DNA from: Paramoeba atlantica
Taxonomy: Eukaryota; Protista; Discosea
Direction: 5' to 3'
Length of the DNA stretch: 64,000 bases
NCBI GenBank assembly: GCA_977017575.1
Contig: CDRNVI010000037.1
Location: 248,001 to 312,000 of the forward strand
Shown: one piece after another, positions 21,968 through 34,080 of the stretch
Numbering within the stretch: position 1 is the stretch's first letter
How the letters are laid out: every line of letters begins with the position of its first letter
Notes under the pieces: generated by a model
Database searches by the model: none
What the model was told of the DNA's origin: nothing
The model's input: only the letters and a program-made list of their open reading frames with translations
Translations under genes and position numbers: made by a program

Positions 21968-22690
21968 CCTTTTTTAGCCTCTTCGTTAAACGAGGTGGTT
22001 TTCAACTTAGAAGTCATTCATGCTGCGCGCTTCGCGTTGAAAACTACCACCGCGTTTAACGAAGAGCCTAAAAAAGAAAAATTGGTAAAGGATCATGAAT
22101 AATCTATTTTTTGAGGTGAAAAAGCTGGATTTTTCGGCAAAAATTGCGAAATTTTACACCAAATTTGGGCCGTTTTTGATGCCTTACCAGTAGGGGCAGG
22201 AGTCAAATCTGACGAAAAAAAAGTCGTAGAATGGTAGCTGAAGTCCCAAACTCTCCAAATAGGGTTTGGAAGTCGATTTCGGAAAAATAATATTTTTACT
22301 TTTTTCCGGGTCAAAAAACGTTTTTTTGTCATCCCAAAAATTTCGGAATTTTCAACCTTGTCGGACCCCTCCAGCGCGTACCAGGGGGGGGTACCCCCAG
22401 GTGGGGGGGTGGAAAGTCATCGCCGCGGCCTACTCTACAACTTCCCTGCGCTCGATTTCGAAAATCAAGATTTTGAAAATTCAAAAAACGACGTATGCCC
22501 CCCCCCTGGACCCCCCCCTCCATGGATCCCCCATTTTTTGCAAAAACAAAATTTCAGTTTTGGACCACCGGAGCCCCCTTTTATATTTTTTTCTTCTATT
22601 ATATTACTGTGTTTCTCTTTATATTTTCACTGTTTTTATTCACTTTTTTTTAATAATCGAGGGTAGAGAAGAAGTTATACTACCACAGCA
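21968..22690 (-). mobile_element. Diverged element A-related copy
   Basis: Terminal hairpin at ~21968-22080 and degenerate 5' region at ~22490-22690, with a different internal segment. Confidence 0.65.
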
Positions 22691-23146
22691 ACCTAATTAC
22701 GGTTAATCTATTTAAGATTAAAGCTGACATTTTTATTTTCCAAGCAAAATATTTTTATGCGCCCTATGACTGGAATATCAGGAAGCAGAAAGCCGCCTGG
22801 GCGAGGAATAGAGCGACTGGCATTCCTCGTGCAATGTGGAATGCGCCACCATGTTGCTACATAGTATCAGATAATTGCATTACGAGGGGCTTGCAAATAT
22901 TCTAGCTTGGATTTGGCTACGGGGAACGCAACGATGATGCGGATACCACTAGAAGAAAACAACAACGCACTTTCGAATCTAGCGGGTATAAGATGCAAAT
23001 TCGTTGTGGGCAACGCATAACCGATTTTCCCTATTTACGGAATTTCTTAATTACGGTTAACCGATTTAAGGTTAAAATCGACGAAATTTTAACCGTTAAC
23101 CGTAATTAAGATATTCCGTAATTAAGTAACGCCCGGTAATTTACTA

Positions 23147-25905
23147 AACCACCGTCCGGGTTATTATACCTAGAGACACCTATTGTACCTCCTAGGTATA
23201 ATAAGCGTCCCCAGGGTCCTTATTATACCTCCCCCCCTACCGCATCAGAGGCAGGTGCAGAACTTACAGGACCGTAAATTTTGATCTGGGAGGGGTCTAA
23301 AATTTGTAAAACTTGGCCCATTTTGGAAAGTTATAGCGCATTCGAGAGCTCTGGAACTGGGCTCATGAACGTGCAGGCACGGAATCCTCGTTATTTGGAT
23401 TTTCGAATGCACATGGAACACTTTGTTTTTTGGTAGACAAAATGTTTCATTTTTCACAATTTTTCTGATTTCCCCCCCTGTTTTATGCCACAAAGACGGG
23501 ATTACGGACGATCGCCCTAATATAAAGTATTGTTCACAAAAATGGCCGACACAAAAAGTATTGTATTTATTAGTATCGACCATTTTTTTGAGTTTTGACC
23601 AGAATTTTAGTTGTTGTTTTTTCGAATTTTCAGGAAATTAGCATAATAAGTTCTGATATACGCGGCCACTTGATCATCTCGAGGGAAGCTGAGTGATTTC
23701 TCTCCTATTTTTATGCTTCACTATACGTTTACACAGATCCGATATGATAATGTTCAACTTTTTGGAGGCCAGTGGCAACTCGTGGAAATCGACGAAAAGT
23801 ATTGTATTTATTAGTATCGCCCAAAAATTCGTGGCCGATACTAATAAATTACAATACTTTTTGGCGGGGGTGTAATTCTTCACCTGGACACGTAAGTTGT
23901 TGTAGACTACGAAGCAACACAATCTTTCCCCCTCACTGCGCGTAAATTTCAATGTTGCGTTTGATGAGGGAAACTTACCAAGAAGTCAGATTGACATTGT
24001 CAAGAGTTTTGACCAGTTGGGGTATAGCAACCACGAAAATACATGTACTCGTGACATTTCATATTCTTTTACCCTGAAACCCAAGAAATCAACCCCACCC
24101 CACGCACACGTTCCCCCCGACGTCCACAGGTGCCCCCGGGAAACTTGCAAACGGATCATAACATGTTGTGGGCAATATGAAAAAGAACGCGCCGCGAAGT
24201 GGCGCGAATTTTTTTTACCCTTTTTGCAAAGCAAAGTTATTACACCTAGGGACACTTACAGTGAAAGTCACTATTCTGAGAATCGTGTGTTGAACGTTGA
24301 CACGAAAAATGATCTTTATTGGTCACTACAGTAAACGTCACTATTCTGAGAGTCGCTAAAAATGAGAATTGGGCTGTCAACGTACAACTGGCTAAAATGA
24401 GAATGCACCTTGAAAAATGAGAATGGAGCTTCGGTCATGTGTCAACGTTCAATTCAATTTTACACTCAAAAATGAGAATTGAAAAAAAAGCGCTTTCGTT
24501 TTCTCAATGATTAACTCACTGCTTCATCTTCACTCACTGGAGAGTTTGGACCCAAATGGCCAAATCTCCGTTACTGGGGGGTATGCTTTTTTGGTGGGAA
24601 AAAACCTTTTTTACTCATGAGTTCGTTGATTTTCTGCCCTGACAACCCCTCAACTACGCCATTCGCTCCCGCGCAACCACCCTCACCCAGCCCAGCGACC
24701 CCCACCCGCCCAAACACCCCCCCCCCTCCAACCACCCTCCCGAACCAAATCTCTGTTACTGAGGGTCAGCCGAAAAATCGTCCAATCTCTGTTGCGGGGG
24801 GGGTCTATTACTGGCACACAAATGTCTTAGTGAGACCAAAAAAAGAGAAGACAACATTGATTTAAGTGACTACGAGTAATGAAACTTTGTTTTTCTGAAA
24901 ACAAAACGCTATTACACAAAAGGAAAACTGGCGCTGTTTGACTGCGCGGTGTTCTACTGATAGAGCGGCGACTCCGTAAACCGAGGAGATAGTTGGAGAT
25001 CACTGGGGGTCATTTTTGTGCACCCAAAGCGGCCAGTTGCTCCGCTGCTAACGTGTTTCTTGCGAAACGTTTTCTTTTTTAAAAATGAGAATTGGGATTT
25101 GACCTCATAAAAAAGTGCCTGTCAACGTTCAACAGACCAATTCTGAGAATAGTGACGAAAAACGACAAGAAAGCCGTTTTTTCTGTGTCAACGTACAACT
25201 GAGAATTCTGAGAATAGTGACGTTTACTGTATTCTCAGAATTGGGTGTTGAACGTTGGCAGAGCCTCTTTTGATGGGTCAATCATGAATTCTCATTTTTG
25301 AAAAAGAAAAGTACAAATTTATTTTCGAGAGGATTAGATTTTCGAGAGGATTTGCAAGGCACACTAGATCTGAAGGCACATGGATTTGACAAAAAAAAAT
25401 GGTTCTAATATGGATCCTGATATCTCTCCTCAAGAACATGAAGTAGTAAATGTCGACAACAAAAATATTGAATCCTATGATGCCGTGGGAGAATTCTCCC
25501 TTGACACCGACACCGAAGAAGAAGAAGGCGGACCAAGTGAAGAAGAGATTACTGTAATAGAGCGAATGCGAATTATTTAAAGGGCGACACAAAAAGTATG
25601 CCCGTTGCCGACACGTCTGTACCAACAAGGTATAGAAACTGTATCTTAAAGGGCAACATAGAATAAGAGGAAGAAGAAGACTTACAACATTGTATATCAA
25701 TTCAAAAAAAATGGCATTCTCATTTTTTGGGTTACATTCGAGTTGAATGTTGACATCAGAAGTTAAAGCCCCATTCTCATTTTACCATTGCATTCTCATT
25801 TTTACCAATTGAACGTTGACAGCCCAATTCTCATTTTTAGTGACTCTCAGAATAGTGACTTTTACTGTATTATACCTCCTAGGTATAATAAACCGGACGG
25901 TGGTT
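23147..25905. mobile_element. MITE family F (TIR aaccaccgtccgg; ttatacc iterons) carrying two nested family E insertions (24259-25867 and 24329-25229)
   Basis: TIRs at 23147 and 25905 are flanked by TA. The uninterrupted copy at 41740-42583 reads gggacactTAttatacc at the insertion point, showing TA duplication. Confidence 0.85.
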
Positions 25906-25996
25906 TAGTTAGGGTATCACTATAATGCAGTAATTTGACTGTCATTTAGAGGAAATCGACACATCTCGTTTCTCTTTTTCTGTGTATACTATCACA

Positions 25997-26830
25997 ATGA
26001 TATTTTTCTTAGATGCTGCGGATAGTGTACCTAAAGCGGCTCGGGTGCGTGGAGCATCCCTCCCGCAAGAATATGAGCTCTGTCGTGTCTTGCATAACAT
26101 TTCAAATCAGCATCGCTCATGGACTACAGAGACTCCCGCATGTAACTGGAAAGGTGTAACATGCGAGTCTGCAAAGATGCAAGTCATTAAAATCAGGTGG
26201 GAGAATATGGGGCTTGAGGGAACACTATCGTGGAGGTATATTCCAATGAGTGTACAAGTCTTGACTCTGGGTTGTTTCTTTAATTTAACACCGAATGTAA
26301 TCACAGGCTCGCTCCCTGTTTTTGAGTTGCCCTCACGGCTAACAAAATTCGTGGTGGACGGCAACAAGATGACGGGGAATATTGACTTGGAACATCTTCC
26401 TGCAGAGTTGATTTCTTTTGAAATAGCGGAAAATCGCTTTGATGGAACTGTATCTCTATCATCTCTACCTCGTCATCTGGTTTTGTTAGATCTTCAACAT
26501 AATCTGTTCTCTGGGGAACTTGATCTAACAAGATTATCTCCAAACTTGGAAACACTGAATTTGGCTGATAATATGTTTAGTGGTAACTTGGCTCTTAAGA
26601 ATCTGTCAAAATCACTCGTACGACTTGAGCTAGACAATAACAAACTAAGTGGAGAATTGGAGTTGCATTTTCTTCCACCTCAAATGAGGTGCCTTGTACT
26701 TAAGAATAATGCGTTTGAGGGACACCTTGACCTCCGAAATCTGTCAGAACATTTTACTATACTGGATCTTCGGGGTAATAACATCACCTCCGTTGTGCCA
26801 ACTCCTTTTCCACATTTTTTTAGAAAGTGA
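25997..26830 (+). CDS. LRR family copy 4 (paralogue of 1656-2609)
   Basis: The first ~100 coding nt are nearly identical to copy 1, and the LRR array is collinear. Confidence 0.9.
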   Translation: MIFFLDAADSVPKAARVRGASLPQEYELCRVLHNISNQHRSWTTETPACNWKGVTCESAKMQVIKIRWENMGLEGTLSWRYIPMSVQVLTLGCFFNLTPNVITGSLPVFELPSRLTKFVVDGNKMTGNIDLEHLPAELISFEIAENRFDGTVSLSSLPRHLVLLDLQHNLFSGELDLTRLSPNLETLNLADNMFSGNLALKNLSKSLVRLELDNNKLSGELELHFLPPQMRCLVLKNNAFEGHLDLRNLSEHFTILDLRGNNITSVVPTPFPHFFRK

Positions 26831-26853
26831 TTTATAACCCCCCCTCGCTTATA

Positions 26854-27219
26854 CAGTGGTTTCAATTGAACCCCCCCGCGGAATTTTGAGTTTTTTGTCC
26901 GTTTTTGCTCATTTTTGTTACAAACGAGAGATCTCGTTCCCCTAGTGAAGCGCTTTGGCACCTTTTTTCACAGGAATCCCCTAGTGCTCATATGATGACC
27001 CGAAAAACAGCCAAAACAAAATTTTTGATAAATACGAACCTTGGAAGGAAGTCTAAAATCATGTGTTTTGGACCCAGTGGGTACCGGGGGGTCCCTACAA
27101 AAAAAGGGCAGCAAAGCGCTTCACCAGAGAAACGAGATCTATCCAATGCTGCGAAAATGAGAAAAAACAGATAAAAAAACTTAAATTTCCGCGGGGGGGA
27201 AGATATCTTGAAACCACTA
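26854..27219. mobile_element. Tc1-type MITE
   Basis: TA-cagtggtttcaattgaacccccccgcggaa at the left and imperfect inverse ttccgcggggggga...ttgaaaccacta-TA at the right. The internal gagatctc block is shared with ~14240, ~28900 and ~58590. Confidence 0.7.
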
Positions 27220-27375
27220 TACACTGTATACACTTACGGTTATACAAGGTTGTATGTACACATACACTTATACACATACATATTGTATGTATATTGTATA
27301 AATATCTTTATACACATATTTGCTACTTTCGCTTATAAACACTTTATAATATATACATGTATATACTTACACTTA

Positions 27376-28986
27376 CACTGTCGTTCAGCTATAAGTCCCC
27401 CCCCTCGAATTTTGAAAAACTGGTCTGTTTTTTATCATCTTTTTTTTAAACGTGTAGAGAATTTTACGTAGGTGCGTTTCCCGCCGTTTAAATTGGTTTT
27501 TTGCGACTCATTAGGATCGAATTATTTTTTGAAAAACAAAATGAGCCGAACAAATGATTTTTTTACAAAAATGTTCCATTTTTTGATATAAAAATATCTA
27601 TATTTAATTATATTTAAAATATCTATATCTTTTTATTTGCCGGGTAAAACCCCATAAATACACTCACCGCAGGAAAAGAAGATTACACAAAGACAAGCTT
27701 AATATCCAATATTCCACCCCCCGCTCTCCAACACCTTGTTCATACGTTTTAAGTACTCTGAACACATTTTTTTTGACCACCTCCCCCATTTCCCTCTGTA
27801 CCCACTCAAACGTCACACGTAAAGCTTCCCGTAATTCAGTTCTATTTTTGGGGCGAAGCGTTTCTTTTATGTAGCGCGCCATCATGGCCCAAATGTTTTC
27901 CACAGGGTTCAGGTCAGGAGACTTAGGAGGCCAGTCTAAGCGCCTGTTGATCATCTGAGCCTTTGTGATGGTGTGTGTCGGGGCGTTATCCAGCTGAAGC
28001 ACCGCGTGTCTGTGATCGCGAATGTATCGTACAAAACCGATATCATTCAACGCATCCCACACCGTGGTGGTCTTGATGGATAACCCCCCCTCAAAGACAT
28101 GAAACCACCACCCATGAGTATCACTATACCCCATCTATACCATAACCCCCGGACCACCAAACCACTTCTGGTGCGCTGCGGTCATCCGCATGCGTGGGGC
28201 GTCGCGTTGGCCAATGTAGTAAAGGCGCCGCCCATTGCGACTGCAATTGAACAATTTTTCATCCGTCCAGATCATATTGTTTATTTGGGCTGGGCTCCAA
28301 GTGAGAAGTTCACGGGCCAGTGCAACGCGCTTCATGCGCTGCTCAGTTGTAAGTCCCAAGTCTTTGCTCTTACGGATGCGCCCGTAGTCGTCGCAATCCA
28401 ATGCCCTCTTCACCGAGGAAATTGATCCTCCATGCGAATCTTTGATTCTTTCATGGATGGCGGTGAAGGAAGGACACCCATCTGGGTCTTCCCGTGCAAG
28501 CTCCAAACAAGCACGCCCTACGGTATCGGTCCGTTAAGGTAGTTTTTTTTCGGGGAACTCGCTCTGGGGTGGTCAAGTCATTTTTTTCATCGTACATTTT
28601 TGCCCATTTTCGTACCGTTTTTTTATCAACTTTATATTTTTTAGAGATGGAAGTGATGGAAGCACCGCATTTTCGTTCAATAACAAACGAAATGCGCATT
28701 GCGAGCGTCGTACGCTCCGAGTTGAGGTAACTCGGCCTGTGGTTCCTCACCATGGGTATAAAAAGGGTAGTGTCAATGAGAAAAAAGGGAAAATTTGACT
28801 GTACATTAGAAAATCTCGTTTTCGACCAGTATTTTGAGTGCCAAAAACGTATATTAAGTTTTAACAAAAAAAGGAAGACCGGCAAAGATAGGCTAGGGAT
28901 CGAGATCTCTCGTTTGCCGCTGGAATTAGGTCAAACGGACGCGCGACCCAAAAATAAGGGGGGGGACTTATAGCTGAACGATAGTG
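27376..28986 (-). mobile_element. Full-length Tc1/mariner-superfamily DNA transposon (1611 bp)
   Basis: 28-bp TIRs cact(g/a)tcgttcagctataagtccccccc with one mismatch, TA on both sides, enclosing a transposase. Confidence 0.93.
27664..28753 (-). pseudogene. Tc1-like DDE transposase, disrupted (frameshift near 28500; TAG at 28135-28137)
   Basis: HTH-like N-terminus, IWTDEKLF, GVMV*MG (Trp expected), LQLDNAPTH and LDWPPKSPDLNPVENIW. Confidence 0.9.
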
Positions 28987-28990
28987 TATA

Positions 28991-29350
28991 CAGGGGGGAT
29001 CACCAATATCGGGACACCTCCCATTTTTGGGCCGTGGGTCCGTTTCACCTGATTTTTGTTGCAAAGGAGAGATCTCGACGCGAATATGGTCGGAACGACA
29101 TTTTGCGCCTATTTAAACACACTTGTAAAAAAAATTAAAAAAAATACTAAAAAAAACTCCAAAAAATAGTTTGTAAAAATCCCTTTAAAATTGTCTATTA
29201 AAGGATACAATTCTCTTTTGTTAAGTTTCACATGGGAAAACAACATAGATTAAAGCGACCATGTTCCATCATCGTTCTTGACAATGCACCGGGTCATGGG
29301 CAAGTCCGTCGTGCGGGATTGCAAGCAGGCCTAAACATTATTGGAGGGAG
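28991..29350 (+). mobile_element. Second Tc1 family, internally deleted left end with transposase fragment
   Basis: TA-cagggggggatcaccaatatcgggacacc end; IIVLDNAPGHGQ fragment; inverse copy at ~42600-43062. Confidence 0.75.
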
Positions 29351-29661
29351 TGCAAGTGGACCTACGAAGGTCTCAAAAAATACCTACAGCGTTCGCCACC
29401 GGTCGTCACCGATCGTCACCGACTCCCAGAAAACGACACTTTGAAGGCCGAAATGCTCAACTTTATGACTGACTGATCAATATAATTATACATCGGCAAA
29501 AACAATTTAGCATTTTATACACCACCAGTTTATACATTCCCAACTATTTTGTTAGTTCCATTAATGCAAAATTCTCGCTGTGCTAAGAAATTTTGTGATA
29601 CTTGTGGGGAAGATTAATGGTCGATCCTTCGAACCTCAAAAAATACCTAAAGGGGGGGTAC

Positions 29662-29783
29662 ACCCACTATTGGCAATCACCCACTATTGGCCAACTCACC
29701 CACTATTGGCAATCACCCACTCTTGGAAATCACCCACTATTGGCAAACTCACCCACTATTGGCAATCACCCATTATTGGCAAA
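29662..29783. repeat. Seven tandem ~17-19-bp repeats (cacccactattggcaa)
   Basis: Read directly; no unique spacers. Confidence 0.85.
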
Positions 29784-30054
29784 TAATTAATTACCTCAAA
29801 ATTTGTTAAGATGGAATTTCTAAATGTACATTAGTAGCAACTAATGGACACCTTGAAGGCTGCGGCCATAAAGGAATATTAAATTATAAATTAACTGATA
29901 ATAAAGTTCTTTATTTTCTTTTTTTGAAGTATGAAGGGTGGCATTGCCTCTATTTTGCCCAGTAGACGAACCAAGTACTGTAGGTCCATTGGGGGGTATA
30001 TGAATTGAAAACAAGCAATCAAATTAGCAATTTTACTTTGTTTTTATGCAAAAA

Positions 30055-31289
30055 CAGGGGGGACATTTGTCTGTGTAATACTAATCTGGAGAACATTAAT
30101 CTGTGTGCTATTAATCTGTGTTAATTCGAAAATATTTGGCCGGACGGAAATCTGTGTTAAAAAAACAAAAATGCGCCGCAGGCGAAATTTTTCTTATTTT
30201 AGTACATTTTTACGTCTTTTTCTCTGAAATTTTCCTTTTTCTTTGCAAAACTGGACAATTTTTTGAAAAAATATCATAGCTCCGGCATACCGAGGGGACA
30301 TTTATCTGTGTAACATTAATCTGTGTAACATTAACTTTTTTAGGCTCTTCGTTAAACGCGGTGGTTGTTTTCAACTTAGAAGTCACTCATGCTGCGCGCT
30401 TCGCGTTGAAAATTACCGCTGCGTTTAACGAAGAGCCTAAAAAAGAAAATTTAGCCTGGAAAACGGAAAGATTATAGCCAAAAATAGCCGAATTTCGGGT
30501 AAAAATGGGGTGATTTTCGCGTATTTTTGCTCTCAGAGCACTAAATCCGACATTTGCGCGTGGGAAATCACTCGTAGTCATGAATGGAAGCCTACCGAAC
30601 GTATTGGATAGAGAATGCGACTCCAACCATACCATTCTTTCGGCACAAAAATGCCCCTTTAGGTCCGAAAAATACTTTTTCACCTTTTTCAGTCAAAAAT
30701 GGGTCATTTTGAGGGCCGTACCACGGTTTGAAGAAGTGATACCTTGCGAAAACAACTGCGTAGAAAGCTAGTGTAGGTCCCAAACTATCAAAATACAATA
30801 GGGGAAACGATTTTGGAAAAATATTTTTTGTGCCATTTTTTTCGCCAAGTTGAATTTTTTTTCAAAACATTTTTTCCGAAAAAATCCGAACTTGGCGGAC
30901 CCGTCCTGCGGATACGCGGGGGGGTCACCTCCGGGTAGGGGGGTGGAAAATGCGCGCCAAGACCCCGGCTACCCTTTCTGCGTTTTTTTTTCGAAAACTA
31001 ATTTTTTCGAAAAAATTTGCTCGACCATGACCCCCCCCCCTGGACCCCCCCCATGGACCCCCCCCATGGACCCCCATTTTTTTCAATTTTGTTTTTCAGT
31101 TTTGGACCACCGGAGCCCCCTTTTATATTTTTTTCTTCTATTATATTACTGTGTTCCTCTTTATATTTTCACTGTTTTTGTTCACTGTTTTTTCAATAAT
31201 CGAGGGTAGAGCGGTAGTTTTACAACCACCGCAATCTGTGTTAATTTTACGAATTAACACAGATTAATGTTAGACAAATGTCCCCCCTG
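30055..31289. mobile_element. MITE family C (TIR caggggggacatttgtct; attaatctgtg iterons) hosting an element A insertion
   Basis: Inverted ends at 30055 and 31289; repeated aatctgtgt motif. Confidence 0.75.
30335..31234 (-). mobile_element. Element A copy
   Basis: Inverse of 3335-4226; removing it restores the host iteron cattaa|tctgtg. Confidence 0.9.
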
Positions 31290-31740
31290 TAAAAAACATT
31301 CTCTCTCCTTCCCCTCTTTCTCTCTCACTTTCTCACCTCTTGACCTACTTTTCCCACCTTTCTCCCTACTTCCCTACTTTCCCTTACCCAACTTCTCAAC
31401 TTTTCAGGGAGGGTAAGGTCTCCCTCAGCTTCGCCTCACCCGGCCTGCAGGCGGCCCCTCAACCATTCACGCGTTTCGGACCGGGTCTTTCGACCACTCC
31501 TCGGCCTGACTTGTGAACCCTTCCCTTGTTATACGGGAGGGCGCAGGCGCGGGCCTGTGTCGACAGCGACACGGTCGCGAAACAGGATGCTGGCCGACTG
31601 GGAGGAGATTCACTACCCGTGTACTACCTCACTTGGTGTACCTAGTCCTCGCGGGCTAGGCGTGAGCATAGACTCTGTCGGCCCGACCAGCATCCAGGCC
31701 AGTGGTTTGTGGCCCCGCACATGGCGCCTTCGCCATGCCC

Positions 31741-33578
31741 CTAAGCGCCTTCAAGGGGGGCGTTAGGGTCACTGACAACTATCATGGAGACCATCATCCG
31801 AGCCTGGGAACGCATCAACGTGATATTAAGCTCTTGCAAGAGGATGTTTCGTGCCTGAGTGTCTGTCAAAAGACCGTTCGACACGTTGGCACGTAACGCT
31901 CCCACCTTCCACAGGACCGTCAAGGCACTTCTGCTCCATGAGCCGAAGGACTCAACAACCATGGCTGCGAACTGTAACTGAGCCGCTTCCGCTTCCTGGC
32001 GCTGCTTCCCTTTCGTTTCAGAGAAGTGTTCAGCAAAAGACCCCGCAGCCACCCAGCTAGCATTACGGACTGAGTCCAAATACTTCAATTGCTGTGCATG
32101 GGTGACTGCGAAGTCTAGAACCATGCCGCCTCCCAGTTCATAGTTGGGGAGAAAATCGCCTGGTCTGGTGAGACCTCCAGGTCCCCGATTTCCGAGACTT
32201 TATTCCCTTTGCGGAGCCATATTGGCCTTGCTGCAGAAGGAGGTGAACTGTTGGCAAATCGCATTGTGGCGGGTGATGAGACCGTGCCCGTTCTTACACA
32301 TCAGAGCATGTTCCGCATTTTTTAGGAGTGGTAAGTCACATCCTTTTGCTGGACAAGGTCGATCCTCTACCAGTGAGGGGTATCCCCAGGGGGGGGGGCG
32401 GAAAATTATCGCCGCGGCCTACTCTAGCACTTCCCTGCGTTCGATTTCGAAAAGCAAAAAATTCGAAAAAACAATCTTGACGTATGCCCCCTGGACCCCC
32501 CCCCATGGACCCCCCCCTAGACCCCCCATTTTTTTCAATTTGTTTTTTCATTTTTGGACCACCGGAGCCCCCTTTTATATTTTTTTCTTCTATTATAACT
32601 TATTACTGTGTTTCTCTTTTTTTTTCACTGTTTTTGTTCACTTTTTTTGCAATAATCGAAGGTAGAGCGGTAGTTATACAACCACCGCAATGTACCGGGT
32701 ACCCTTTTATACCGGGGGGGTATAATCGCTACCCAATATACCCCCCCTGGGCACCGTGGAAAACAAGGGAGTGGGGGGTATAAACGCTCAAAAAAAAATA
32801 GAGCGTTTATACCCCCCACCCCCTTGTTTTCCACGGTGCCATCATGTATTGCCCCTTTTAACCTCTTTGGATACCGCAAAAAAACAGGTCTTCTTTGGTT
32901 TACCGCAAAAAAACATTGGAGCTAATATACCTAATGTACCTCCCACCCACCCGCATTATACCCCCCACCCGGTATAAACGGTAAGCGAATATACCCCCCC
33001 TTAATATACAGGGTACACTTTATTATACCCCCCCTGTACATTAAGTCATACCCCCGTTTAAATCCTTGAGCTTACAAGGGGTCCCAGTCGTCCATGTCGG
33101 CTGCGTGAGCGACAGATTAAACGTATGCTGCCGTTGCGTGCAGTGTAGACGATCTGAGACCGAAGCCTCCGTGGCGCTTCCTTCGTAGTATTTGATCACG
33201 TGCGTGGGGGTCCAGGGAAAAAAGTGCCCACTCTACAGCCGTCATGACAGAGTCGTCTAGTAAAAAGCAAAGATGGGTAAGGGCCTGTGGGGGTGTAGTT
33301 CGGAGGGCGTATACCATCTGACAGAACCCCGTGCATTGACGGATTAGAGCACAGGCTACTTTGGGGTCTCCTATTAAACCTATGGCGGCTAGGGTCTCAC
33401 GTGCTGGGTCGATGGCGTATTGCATCAGGAACTCCGCGCAGTGCTCGTCCGACCCGATCGGGCTCCCAAGGATATCGAAGTTCCCGTCATGCCGGATTTT
33501 CGCCTTTGGGATCTCGGGAAAAAGCGTTGTGAGATGAGCCGAGGCAGGTGGCGTTATGATTTCACTTTTCGCAGGATT
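31741..33578 (-). mobile_element. CRE-like non-LTR retrotransposon remnant (RT end, CCHC knuckle, restriction-like endonuclease), interrupted at ~32356-33060
   Basis: Minus-strand translation gives NPAKSEII and ILGSPIGSDE (late RT motifs), YALRTTPP...GGFGLRS, CPAKGC...EHALMC, RHN, RPGD...DFAVT and AMVVESFGSW. Confidence 0.85.
32356..32690 (-). mobile_element. Element A 5' fragment inside the retrotransposon
   Basis: Ends ...gcggtagttatacaaccaccgcaa|t. Confidence 0.8.
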
Positions 33579-33717
33579 TCGCCGCCATTTTTTATTTTAT
33601 TTTTTTTTTCTTTATTTTTTTTTAGTTGTCTGCCCATTGCGCTTAGTTGCGTTTTTAACATTTCCAAGCTATTTATACTTGATGGTACTCCGAGCAAGGA
33701 GCAGACCACTGGCAGGC

Positions 33718-34080
33718 ATGGCACACAACCATGCCAATCTGCCGACCAACCTTCATCTATACCAACCCCCTTCATCTATCTCCCCACCTAACCACGGTAA
33801 CCTTCCGTTACCCCATTCCGGTAACCAACCCCGTTCTCTTCTATCCCCAGTGTACGCGGTATTGCATTACGAATATCATTATATTCTCCTGCATATCAAG
33901 GGTCATATTCTGAATATTTATGACAGTTTTTTTGAACATGCCTCAGTAACAGGTCGGGCTAACGTCAAAATTTTCCGAGACAGACTTAGAAATACGCTCA
34001 AAGGATCCTTAATTGATGTATTTTGCCAAATACCCTCAGCAAATGCCTGGCGAAAATACGTGCGGACTGCACGTAATTAA
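33718..34080 (+). pseudogene. Truncated Ulp1-like peptidase fragment
   Basis: HYILLHIKGHILNIYDSF resembles the His/Asp segment of C48 peptidases; no Gln/Cys motif before the stop. Confidence 0.35.

Noticed and set aside
28135-28137. Stop-codon reassignment (TAG read as an amino acid)
   Set aside because: In-frame stops occur only in transposon relics; intact genes end normally in TAA, TAG or TGA.
29662-29783. CRISPR array
   Set aside because: Units are directly adjacent with no unique spacers, no cas genes are present, and the context is eukaryotic.
31290-33600. Spliced-leader RNA gene at the CRE-like insertion
   Set aside because: No sequence resembling the conserved SL exon core (cagtttctgtac) was seen by eye; a divergent SL cannot be fully excluded.
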